This document shows positions 1 to 7,709 of a stretch of DNA of 64,000 nt, in pieces; the stretch's first letter is position 1, and every line of letters begins with the position of its first letter. The translations under genes and the position numbers were made by a program. Below the pieces are notes generated by a model. The model saw nothing but the letters and a program-made list of their open reading frames with translations, was not told the origin of the DNA and made no database searches. The DNA comes from Thermoanaerobaculia bacterium (GTDB lineage Bacteria; Acidobacteriota; Thermoanaerobaculia; Gp7-AA8), in assembly GCA_046260175.1 (NCBI GenBank), contig JBHEPS010000001.1:3502-67501 (forward strand), given 5' to 3'.

Positions 1-1
1 C

Positions 2-391
2 GTCCCCGAGCTCGAGGAAGTGGTCGCGGCGCTCGACCTCTTCCTGCTTCCTTCGGAAACCGAGTCGTTCGGAATGGCGGCCCTCGAGGCGCTGGCCTCC
101 GAGGTGCCCGTCATCGCGAGCAGGGCGGGGGGGCTTCCCGAGGTCGTTGCCGAGGGAGAGACCGGTTACCTGCTGCCCGTTGGCGATGTCGATGGGATGG
201 CCGCGCGGGCCCTCGAGCTGGTTCGGGACGACGACCTGCGCAAGGAGATGGGCAGAGCGGGACGCCGGCGCGCGATCGAGCTCTTCCATGTCGACCGCAT
301 CGTTCCCCAGTACCTCGCCTTTTACGAGTCGGTCATGCAGGCCGAGCGACGGGCGGGCTCGGACAACCGCCGCGACCAGCCGGTTCTCTGA
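2..391 (+). CDS. Glycosyltransferase family 1 (GT4), C-terminal fragment; the gene starts upstream of the window
   Basis: The translation has the typical GT1 C-terminal motifs ([34 protein letters not shown]). The ORF has no start codon inside the window. Confidence 0.6.
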   Translation, partial: VPELEEVVAALDLFLLPSETESFGMAALEALASEVPVIASRAGGLPEVVAEGETGYLLPVGDVDGMAARALELVRDDDLRKEMGRAGRRRAIELFHVDRIVPQYLAFYESVMQAERRAGSDNRRDQPVL

Positions 392-427
392 AATCCCGGC
401 GAGGCGTGGGCGGTTACAATCATCCCA

Positions 428-946
428 ATGGGCACCAGAAAGCAGGCGCTGGAGCAGGAGGTCGAACGCTTCCGCGAGTATCTCCAGCGGCAGGGGCTCA
501 AGCTCACCAACGAGCGCGATGCCCTCGTGCGCGAAATCTTCTCGACCCACTATCACTTCGAGGCCGATGAGCTCCTGATCAAGCTGAAGGAGAAGACCAT
601 CAAGATCTCGCGGGCGACGATTTACCGTACGCTCGAGCTTCTGGTGAAATCGGGGATGGTCCGCCGCGTCCACCTCGGTGAAGATCACTACCACTACGAG
701 CGAGTGATGGGGGACGACGCTCACCACGATCACCTGATCTGCACCGCGTGCGGGGCCGTAATCGAGTTTCACGACGAGGCTCTCGAGACCCGCCAGCTCG
801 AGATCTGCGAGAAGAACCACTTCACGCCCACCTTTCACAACCTCCAGATTCTCGGCATCTGCTCGAGCTGCAGGCGAAAGGGTGAGGAGCCGGAAGCTCC
901 CGATCGGATGATGAAGTATCCGACCGCCGTGGATCTGCGCCGGTAG
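428..946 (+). CDS. fur: Fur-family metal-responsive transcriptional regulator (Fur/Zur/PerR)
   Basis: Winged-helix N-terminus (ISRATIYRTLELLVKSGMV). Metal-binding HHDH plus a CxxC pair (HHDHLICTACG; ICSSC). Length and layout match the Fur family. Which subtype (Fur, Zur or PerR) is not resolved. Confidence 0.8.
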   Translation: MGTRKQALEQEVERFREYLQRQGLKLTNERDALVREIFSTHYHFEADELLIKLKEKTIKISRATIYRTLELLVKSGMVRRVHLGEDHYHYERVMGDDAHHDHLICTACGAVIEFHDEALETRQLEICEKNHFTPTFHNLQILGICSSCRRKGEEPEAPDRMMKYPTAVDLRR

Positions 947-1050
947 GGACCGCCTGCGGCGCTCCGGTCGCCGGAGGCGACGGGTTTTCTTTTCGCCGCA
1001 GGTACGCCCGTCGCGCTGCGCGCGACCGGACCGGCGCAGCCGGTCCCTAC
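943..1050. repeat. REP/MITE-like 108-bp palindromic element (copy 1) with termini GTAGGGACCGCCTGCGGCG ... CCGGCGCAGCCGGTCCCTAC
   Basis: The terminal inverted repeats GTAGGGACC and GGTCCCTAC enclose nested hairpins (CCTGCGGCG/CGCCGCAGG; CTCCGG-TCG-CCGGAG). The element fills the whole gap between convergent fur and gltX. The TAG of each terminus is the stop codon of the flanking gene. A second copy lies at 3871-3979. Confidence 0.6.
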
Positions 1051-2462
1051 TCGGACAGCTCCGGCAGGCGGGCGATCATCCGGTCGAGGCGCTCGAGCGA
1101 CTGCTGCTTCCCGAAGAGGACCGCGATGTCGAAGATCGGCGGGCTCGCCGTCTTCCCCGTCAGGGCGACGCGGAGCGGGTGGATGTACTTTCCCGCCGAG
1201 TTGCCGCGGGATTCCGCCAGCTCGCGCAGGGCAGCCTCCGTGGTCACCGTGTCGAACGGCTCGAGAGCGGCGAAAGCGTCCCGCAGCTCCCTCATCCGCA
1301 CCTCGAGATCGTCGCCCTTCAGGTGCTTCTTCACGGCCTCGCTCTCGTACTCGATCGAATCGGCCGCCATGAAGAACAGCGCCGCCTGCTCGGCCATCTC
1401 GCGCAGAGTCCGCGCACGTGGCTGGAGGAGGGGAATCGCGCGGAGGAGCGTGTCCTGGTCGACGGGCACACCAAGGAATGGTTCCAGCTGCGCGACCAAT
1501 TCGGCGGGTTGTTTTGCCTGGAGGTACTGATGGTTGAGCCAGATCAGCTTATCCAGGTCGAAGACCGCCGCCGAATGGTTTACGTCCGCGAGGTCGAACA
1601 ACGTCTCCGCCTCATTGCGCGAGATCACCTCGCGGTCTCCCTTCGGCGACCATCCGAGAAGCACGAGAAAATTGAACAGGGCCTCGGGAAGAATGCCCAT
1701 CGACTGGTATTCCTCGACCGAGGTCGCGCCGGTTCGCTTACTCAGTCGCTTGCGGTCCGTTCCCAGAATCAGAGGAACGTGCGCGAACTCCGGAACAAGA
1801 GAGTCGAATGCCTGGAAAAGGAGGACGTGTTTGGGCGTGTTCGAGAGGTGGTCGTCTCCGCGCGCCACGAGAGTGATTCCCATGTCGATGTCGTCGACGA
1901 CGACCGACAGGTGGTAGGTGGGATTGCCGTCAGAGCGCAGCAGGACGAAATCGTCGATGAGGTCTCCCTCGAACTCGACGTTTCCCCTGATGTGATCCAC
2001 GAAACGGATCGGTCCCTCGGGGACCTGAAAGCGGATCACGTGCGGCCCATCGTCCTCACCGATCGTCCGTTGGCGGCATTTTCGGGAGTAGCGGTACTGA
2101 CCCCCGCGGGCCTCGGCTTCGGCCCTCTCGGCCTCCAGTTCCTCCACGCTGCACCGGCAGCGGTACGCGCGGCCCCGGGCAACCAGCTCGTGAACTCTCT
2201 CGCGATAGCGCTCGATCCGGTCGCTCTGGTAGATCGGACCTTCATCCCACTCGGCCCCGAGCCACAACAGCGAGGCGATGATCTGTTCCGCATGGTGCTG
2301 GCGCGAGCGCTCGACGTCCGTGTCCTCGATCCGCAGCACCATGCGTCCGCCGTGACGGCGCGCATGCAGAAGGTTGAATATCGCAGTCCGGGCTCCTCCG
2401 ATGTGGAGAAACCCAGTGGGCGAGGGGGCAAATCGAAGCTTCATCGGGCGGTCGAGGGCCAT
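1047..2462 (-). CDS. gltX: Glutamyl-tRNA synthetase
   Basis: HIGH motif (PSPTGFLHIGGART) and KMSKS-like motif (KRLSKR). The 471-aa length is typical of bacterial GluRS. Confidence 0.9.
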   Translation of the reverse strand: MALDRPMKLRFAPSPTGFLHIGGARTAIFNLLHARRHGGRMVLRIEDTDVERSRQHHAEQIIASLLWLGAEWDEGPIYQSDRIERYRERVHELVARGRAYRCRCSVEELEAERAEAEARGGQYRYSRKCRQRTIGEDDGPHVIRFQVPEGPIRFVDHIRGNVEFEGDLIDDFVLLRSDGNPTYHLSVVVDDIDMGITLVARGDDHLSNTPKHVLLFQAFDSLVPEFAHVPLILGTDRKRLSKRTGATSVEEYQSMGILPEALFNFLVLLGWSPKGDREVISRNEAETLFDLADVNHSAAVFDLDKLIWLNHQYLQAKQPAELVAQLEPFLGVPVDQDTLLRAIPLLQPRARTLREMAEQAALFFMAADSIEYESEAVKKHLKGDDLEVRMRELRDAFAALEPFDTVTTEAALRELAESRGNSAGKYIHPLRVALTGKTASPPIFDIAVLFGKQQSLERLDRMIARLPELSE

Positions 2463-2533
2463 CGGGCGGCGATCTTATGAGTACCCCCACCAACCGTCAA
2501 GAAAGCCCCGGGGCTACAATCCCCCCTGCTGCC

Positions 2534-2938
2534 ATGGCTTCGCAACGCAACCGCTCCGAGGGATTCTCCCTGATCGAGACCCTGATCGCCATCCTCATCC
2601 TCGGGATCGTGATCACGACCTCCCTGTTCGTCTATTACGAAAGGGAACGCCGGATGGTCGAGGCGGGTGAGGTGATGCTCGTCTGGCAGGTCCTCGGAAA
2701 CGAGGCCGAAGCGAGGCGCTACGCCTCATGGGCCATGCAGGCTCCAGGGTCGGTGCAGCCGTTCTACACCGATCTCGCGCTGCTCGGGCAGCTCGAAGGG
2801 GTCGTGGCGGAGGCCGCGGTCGAGCAGGTCGACTCCGAAACGCGAAGAATTCTTCTGCGGGTTTCGTGGCGCGATGGGAGGCGAGAGGCGATCGCGGAAG
2901 TGATCCGGACTGATACCGGGGGAGACACGCTTTGGTGA
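2534..2938 (+). CDS. Prepilin-type N-terminal cleavage/methylation domain protein (minor pseudopilin, GspH/I-like); an alternative upstream start is at 2477
   Basis: Class III signal peptide (MASQRNRSEG | FSLIETLIAILILGIVI) with E+5 and a hydrophobic helix. The protein is small, about 135 aa. Confidence 0.6.
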   Translation: MASQRNRSEGFSLIETLIAILILGIVITTSLFVYYERERRMVEAGEVMLVWQVLGNEAEARRYASWAMQAPGSVQPFYTDLALLGQLEGVVAEAAVEQVDSETRRILLRVSWRDGRREAIAEVIRTDTGGDTLW

Positions 2939-3414
2939 GGGTCTCCCGAAGTGGAATGACCCTCGTCGAGCTCGTCGTCGCGATGGCGGTCTTTTCGATT
3001 TTCATGGTCATTCTCGCCCTGATCGCGGCGGATTTCGCCAACCTGGAGCGAGGGGTTCGCTTCCGGTGGTTTCTGCACCCGGACGACACAGCCGTGATCG
3101 CTCGATTGCGCCGGGACGTTCTCGACAGCACCGGCTATCCGATCGAACACGCGGGAGAGATGCAGTCCCCCCGGCACCTGATTCTGTCGATGGGAGCGGG
3201 AAACACCGTGACGTGGACGTTCACGCAGGATCGCGCGGTGCGTGGCGAATGGAAAGGTTCGGCCAAGCAAGGGGAGTGGAGCGCGAATGCGACGCGAGAC
3301 TTCTCCATCGGATCGTGGAGCACCCCCAACGAGGAGACCGCGGTGAGGGTCTCGGGAAGGAGCAGCGATGGATCGCTCGTCGTCGATCAGGTCTTCGTTC
3401 CGAGGCCGGACTGA
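2932..3414 (+). CDS. Prepilin-type pseudopilin; TTG/GTG start overlapping the stop of the upstream gene
   Basis: Leader MVRVSRSG | MTLVELVVAMAVFSIFMVILAL is the prepilin methylation motif. The 4-nt overlap with the preceding pseudopilin gene suggests co-translation. Confidence 0.6.
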   Translation: MVRVSRSGMTLVELVVAMAVFSIFMVILALIAADFANLERGVRFRWFLHPDDTAVIARLRRDVLDSTGYPIEHAGEMQSPRHLILSMGAGNTVTWTFTQDRAVRGEWKGSAKQGEWSANATRDFSIGSWSTPNEETAVRVSGRSSDGSLVVDQVFVPRPD

Positions 3415-3787
3415 ACGCGGCTTTGCGCTGATCACCGCGCTGCTTCTCGCCATCCTCTTTCTCGGGATGATCGAGTTGGCTCTCGCAGACGCGACAGCGG
3501 CACAGCGAGAGGCGCGCCGCTTTCGGGAACGGATCTCCAGCCAGATCCTCGCCGACAATGCGATCGAGCTCGCGGCGGCGGGAATGCTGACCAAGCAGAG
3601 CAACAGCAGCGTCGAGCGCGAGACCGACGCCGGAACGATGAAGGGTTCCTTCAAGATACTTCCGGGCAGCCGATTCGAGCTCGTGGGCGATGGCCTGAGC
3701 GCGGGCCTCGAGGTTCGCGCGACGGTCGTGCTCGAGGGGCGGGTGGTCGGAAACCAGATCGTCATCCAGAAGAGCCGGACCCGTTAG
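3368..3787 (+). CDS. Prepilin-type pseudopilin (third of three)
   Basis: Leader ...RGRTERG | FALITALLLAILFLGMIELALA. It overlaps the upstream gene, so the three form one operon. Confidence 0.6.
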   Translation: MDRSSSIRSSFRGRTERGFALITALLLAILFLGMIELALADATAAQREARRFRERISSQILADNAIELAAAGMLTKQSNSSVERETDAGTMKGSFKILPGSRFELVGDGLSAGLEVRATVVLEGRVVGNQIVIQKSRTR

Positions 3788-3792
3788 AAGAC

Positions 3793-3828
3793 AGGGGCTA
3801 GGGGCTAGGGGTCAGGGGCTGGGGGAGG
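3793..3828 (+). repeat. G-quadruplex-forming repeat (GGGGCTAGGGGCTAGGGGTCAGGGGCTGGGGG); the G-rich strand is the + strand
   Basis: Five G4-5 runs with 3-nt loops, a canonical G4 motif. It starts 6 nt after the stop of the + strand pseudopilin gene. A near-identical copy lies in inverted orientation at 10527-10561. Confidence 0.7.
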
Positions 3829-3870
3829 TGGCGCCTCGTTGCGGCGCGCGTTTGATCGGGTGGATCAGAC

Positions 3871-3979
3871 GTAGGGACCGCCTGCGGCGGTCCGGCGGGC
3901 GAAGCCCGCGTGCCGGTGCAACCGCGTCCTCGTCCACGTTGCCGCCTGCGGCGGCGGGGCCGGCGCAGCCGGCTCCTAC
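3871..3979. repeat. REP/MITE-like element (copy 2), same termini family as 943-1050
   Basis: Starts GTAGGGACCGCCTGCGGCG and ends CCGGCGCAGCCGGCTCCTAC. Both ends are shared with copy 1. The interior differs but is again palindromic (CCTGCGGCGG...CCGCCTGCGGCGG). Confidence 0.55.
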
Positions 3980-4022
3980 ATCGATTCCTCGGTGATATAA
4001 GGGCCGTCGCCCCGAACCTGCC

Positions 4023-4844
4023 ATGAATTTCACTCGGATGACGCTCCTGGCCGTTGCGCTCATGTTGAGCGGCTGTATCGCGGGGGAGAGGTCCGTCCCG
4101 CGGGTCAGGATTGCGACCACGACGAGCCTCGAGAACTCAGGGCTTCTCGAGCAGATGCGGATCGCGTTTCGGTCCGACACCGGAATCGAGATCGAAGCGC
4201 ACGTGGTCGGATCGGGGAAGGCTCTTCAACTGGCCCGCGACGGAACCGTGGAACTGGCGATCACGCACGAGCCGGAAGGGGAAGCGGAGCTGGCTCGGAC
4301 GGGGCGGGTTGAAGAGCAGGCTCTGCTGATGGCCAACAGCTTCATTCTCGTCGGCCCGCCCGGAAATCCGGCTGGCGTTTTGCTGGACGCAACCGTAGTG
4401 GATGCGATGCGGCTCGTTCACAGCGCGGAAGCGATCTTCGTTTCTCGGGGAGACGAGTCGGGTACGCATGTCCGGGAGATGGAACTGTGGGCCGGTCTCG
4501 ACCTGGACCCCGAGAGGAATGAGGGATACCGCCGAATGGGGCAGGGAATGAGTGCGCTGTTGCGATCGGCGTCGGAGCTTCAGGGTTACGCACTCACGGA
4601 TGACACGACTTTCGAAGCGATGAAGCCGGTATTGCGGCTCGAGGAGTTTGCGGGTGGCGGAAACGGGTCGGCCAACGTCTATAGCGTCACCCTGCTTCGG
4701 GAGCGTGCAGGGCGCGCGTCGCCCGAAGCGAGGGCGTTTTACGACTGGCTGCTGTCGGAGAGAGGGCAGGAGCTGATCGGAGCCTTTCGCCGGGGATCGA
4801 AAGGAAGCTTTGTTCCGCGTGAAAAGGTTCATCCGATATCGTAG
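4023..4844 (+). CDS. Periplasmic substrate-binding lipoprotein, TupA/WtpA-like (tungstate/molybdate-type PBP); orphan, with no adjacent permease or ATPase
   Basis: Lipoprotein signal (LLAVALMLSGC). The conserved RIATTTSLENSGLL and GSGKALQLARDG motifs are those of COG2998 anion-binding SBPs. Confidence 0.55.
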   Translation: MNFTRMTLLAVALMLSGCIAGERSVPRVRIATTTSLENSGLLEQMRIAFRSDTGIEIEAHVVGSGKALQLARDGTVELAITHEPEGEAELARTGRVEEQALLMANSFILVGPPGNPAGVLLDATVVDAMRLVHSAEAIFVSRGDESGTHVREMELWAGLDLDPERNEGYRRMGQGMSALLRSASELQGYALTDDTTFEAMKPVLRLEEFAGGGNGSANVYSVTLLRERAGRASPEARAFYDWLLSERGQELIGAFRRGSKGSFVPREKVHPIS

Positions 4845-4929
4845 GATGGGGCGACCTCAGCGGCGGGAGAGATCGGTAGGTCCGGGGTGGAGATCGACCC
4901 GGCATACTCGGTTCTGAGCCGATTCTCGA

Positions 4930-6969
4930 ATGTCAGAAGCGAGCAGAATGATCTACGGCACCCTCATCGCCCAGGGGATCGGGGCGGTGGTCCTCGCCAT
5001 TCTCCTGCACAGTTTTCATCGCCATTACGGCAAGACCTATCTCCATCGATGGGCATGGAGTTGGTGGATGCTGGCGGTATTCGCCCTGGCGAGCGTCGGC
5101 GCGCGCTGGATGGCCCTCGACGGAGTTCCCACCATGCCGGCAGCGATCGGGCTTTCCGTCGCGCGCGGGGTGGCGGGCTATCTTCACGTCGGGTTGATGG
5201 CTCTGGGCGGGTGGGAACTGGCGCAGAGGAGGCCGGTTCGACTTCAGGCCACCCGGCGATTCCTCTGGGGTCTCGCGATCGCCGGCACCCTGTTGCCTCT
5301 GATGTTCGCGTTCGATCCCGAGGCGAGCCAGGAGCGGTATCACCTCCGATTCTCCCTTCAGGCGCTGGTCGCCGCGATCCTGCTGGTCGGGACGGGTATT
5401 GCCGTCCTGCGCAGGCGCGAGTCCGACGGCGGCCTCGGACTAACCGTCGTCGGCGTGGGGCTCGTCCTCTACGGTACGCAGCAGGGTCATTACCTTCTGA
5501 TCGCGGTGACGGGGTTCGGCCGGGAGTACGCCTCGTATCTCGCTTACATCGATTTCATTCTTCACAGCTTCCTCGGTCTGGGAATGATCACCTGCCTTCT
5601 CGAGGACGAGCGACAGGCGGCCGTCCTGGCGAGCAAAGAGATCGAGCACCTCGCCTATCACGACGCGCTCACCGGCCTTCCCAATCGCCCTCTCTTCATC
5701 GACCGGCTGATCGTCGCCGTCGCCCATAGCGCCCGACGGCATCAGACCCTCGCGGTGTTCTTCCTCGATGTCGACCGCTTCAAGGACATCAACGACACCC
5801 TGGGGCACTCGCACGGGGATTCGCTGCTCAAGGCCCTGGCTCTGCGGATCCGCCACTGCGTACGGGAAGAGGACACGGTCGCCCGATTCGGAGGGGACGA
5901 GTTCACACTCCTCTGTCAGCGCGTAGAAAGCGCGGAAGATGCCGCGAAGATCGCGCAGAAGCTGCTCCAGGCGGTCAAGCAGCCGTTCACCGTCGGTGAT
6001 CACGAGCTCTACGTTTCGGTCAGCGTCGGCATCAGTTTCTACCCCACCGACGGCGTGGATGCCGAGTCGCTCGTCAAGAACGCCGATACGGCGATGTACC
6101 GAGCCAAAGACCACGGCAGGGACAACTATCAGATCTATGCCCCCGCGATGAACGCGCGCGCGCTGGAGAGGCTCGCGCGCGAGAACCTTCTTCGCCGCGC
6201 GCTCGATAACAACGAGATGGAGATCTATTACCAGCCGCTCATCGACCTGCCGAACCGTCGGGTCTGTGGAGCGGAGGCGCTGCTCCGGTGGCGGCACCCT
6301 GAAGAGGGACTCCTCACGCCCTATCACTTCATCGGCGCACTCGAGAGCTCGGGGCTGATCATCCCGGTCGGCGACTGGGTTCTCAGGGAAGCCTGCCGTC
6401 AGGCAACCGAATGGAAAGCCAGACACGGTGTCGAGCTCAGCGTCGCGGTGAATCTCTCTGAGCGGCAGTTTCAACAGCCGGACCTGGTCGATCGAGTTCG
6501 AGCTGCGCTCGAGGAGACAGGGCTTCCCGCCGGGCAGCTGGAGCTCGAGATCACCGAGAACAACGCGATGCAGAATGCCGAGAACAGTATCCGGACCCTA
6601 TGGGAGCTCAAGCGCCTCGGAATCCGGATCGCCGTCGACGATTTTGGTACAGGCTACTCCTCGCTCAGTTACCTCAAACGATTCCCGATCGACACGCTGA
6701 AGCTCGATCAGTCGTTCGTCCGGGACGTGACCGACGACCCGGGCGACGCGGCAATCGCCACCGCCGTCATCTCGATGGCGAAGACCCTCAATCTCACGCT
6801 CGTGGCCGAGGGAGTGGAGACCGAAGGGCAGCTCGCGTTCTTCCGGGAGAGGCAATGTCCGCGTCTTCAGGGCTATCTCTTCAGTCGGCCCCTTCCGGCG
6901 TCGGACTTCGATATATTCGTCGGCCACGGGATGCCGATACCGGCTTTCGAGAACACCGGAGCGAGCTGA
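4930..6969 (+). CDS. Membrane sensor diguanylate cyclase/phosphodiesterase (multi-TM N-terminal domain, then GGDEF, then EAL)
   Basis: Five to seven N-terminal TM helices. GGDEF motif (RFGGDEF). EAL domain motifs (EALLRW, DDFGTGYSSLSYL, KLDQSFV). Confidence 0.85.
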   Translation: MSEASRMIYGTLIAQGIGAVVLAILLHSFHRHYGKTYLHRWAWSWWMLAVFALASVGARWMALDGVPTMPAAIGLSVARGVAGYLHVGLMALGGWELAQRRPVRLQATRRFLWGLAIAGTLLPLMFAFDPEASQERYHLRFSLQALVAAILLVGTGIAVLRRRESDGGLGLTVVGVGLVLYGTQQGHYLLIAVTGFGREYASYLAYIDFILHSFLGLGMITCLLEDERQAAVLASKEIEHLAYHDALTGLPNRPLFIDRLIVAVAHSARRHQTLAVFFLDVDRFKDINDTLGHSHGDSLLKALALRIRHCVREEDTVARFGGDEFTLLCQRVESAEDAAKIAQKLLQAVKQPFTVGDHELYVSVSVGISFYPTDGVDAESLVKNADTAMYRAKDHGRDNYQIYAPAMNARALERLARENLLRRALDNNEMEIYYQPLIDLPNRRVCGAEALLRWRHPEEGLLTPYHFIGALESSGLIIPVGDWVLREACRQATEWKARHGVELSVAVNLSERQFQQPDLVDRVRAALEETGLPAGQLELEITENNAMQNAENSIRTLWELKRLGIRIAVDDFGTGYSSLSYLKRFPIDTLKLDQSFVRDVTDDPGDAAIATAVISMAKTLNLTLVAEGVETEGQLAFFRERQCPRLQGYLFSRPLPASDFDIFVGHGMPIPAFENTGAS

Positions 6970-7697
6970 TGAGCAAACGAGCTCTCCGCACCCCTCTCAT
7001 CGCTCTCCTCTTCGTGGCCTGCTCGCACGGGGGAACCGCAATCCCCCCGAACGAGTACGGGCTTCCCGTCGTTGGTGAGCGCCGTCTGTACCACCGCCTC
7101 GTCGAAGTCGATCCGGATCAGGTCCTCGTTCCGCTGACGCAGGCCAGTCCGAATATCCAGCTCGACATCCGCTATGCGACCACCGACAACTTCATGAAGA
7201 CCAGGCTGTATCCGAAACCCGAGGCGTGGGCGCGCTGCGAAGTCGCTCTCGCGCTTGCCCGGGTCCAGAGCTCGCTCGAGCCGCGAGGGATCGGGCTGAA
7301 GGTCTTCGACGCCTACCGTCCCTACTCGGTGACCGTGGCGATGTGGGAGCCGATCCGCGACCCCGATTACGTCGCGGACCCGGCGAGAGGCTCTAGGCAC
7401 AATCGCGGCGCGGCGATCGACGTCACCCTCGTCGATCTGGCGACCGGGGAGGAGCTCCCGATGCCCACCCCCTACGACGATTTCACTCCTGCAGCGGGCC
7501 ACGAAGCCTCGGACCTGCCTCTCGCCGCGCTCCAGAATCGCGCCATCCTGCGCGGGGCCATGGAAGCCGAGGGATTCGAGGCACTCGGTTCCGAGTGGTG
7601 GCATTACGACTACCGGGGGTGGGAGAGGTTCCCTCTCATGAACCTTTCGCACAGGGAGCTCGAGCCTCAACGGGCGGCCTGTCCAGCGGCGGACTGA
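6969..7697 (+). CDS. D-alanyl-D-alanine dipeptidase (VanX/DdpX family, M15D), lipoprotein
   Basis: ATGA overlap with the upstream stop. Lipoprotein signal (LLFVACSHG). VanX signatures are DIRYATTDNF, GLKVFDAYRPYS, HNRGAAIDVTL and EWWHYD. Confidence 0.75.
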   Translation: MSKRALRTPLIALLFVACSHGGTAIPPNEYGLPVVGERRLYHRLVEVDPDQVLVPLTQASPNIQLDIRYATTDNFMKTRLYPKPEAWARCEVALALARVQSSLEPRGIGLKVFDAYRPYSVTVAMWEPIRDPDYVADPARGSRHNRGAAIDVTLVDLATGEELPMPTPYDDFTPAAGHEASDLPLAALQNRAILRGAMEAEGFEALGSEWWHYDYRGWERFPLMNLSHRELEPQRAACPAAD

Positions 7698-7709
7698 CCG
7701 GATCGACCG

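Noticed and set aside
1179-2480. Long antisense ORFs opposite confirmed genes. Examples: 1179-2480 +, 2764-3765 -, 11717-13000 -, 22473-23531 +, 23966-25000 +, 26059-27114 +, 27495-28820 +, 29017-30015 +, 30023-31057 +, 31714-32916 -, 34755-36236 -, 43663-44412 +, 44463-46205 +, 47176-48729 +, 49222-50406 +, 51258-52730 -, 57651-58439 -, 58440-59600 -, 61827-62657 -
   Set aside because: They are Arg/Pro/Gly/Ala-rich with no recognisable domains. Each sits opposite a strongly supported gene. Stop-codon-poor shadow frames are typical of 68% GC DNA.
3793-3828. The G-rich repeats as a CRISPR array
   Set aside because: Only two copies exist, 6.7 kb apart. The periodicity is 7 nt with no spacers. 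There are no cas genes.
6600-6968. N-terminal extensions of several ORFs: 6600 for the dipeptidase, 25019-25117 for IDH, 50467-51402 for HNH, 55709-56812 for the periplasmic gene, 45942-46832 for rnhB, 31471 for the GT, 39130 for truA and 39890 for thiL
   Set aside because: The extensions are Arg-rich and overlap upstream genes. An internal ATG or GTG with an RBS, or an ATGA coupling, gives proteins of canonical length.
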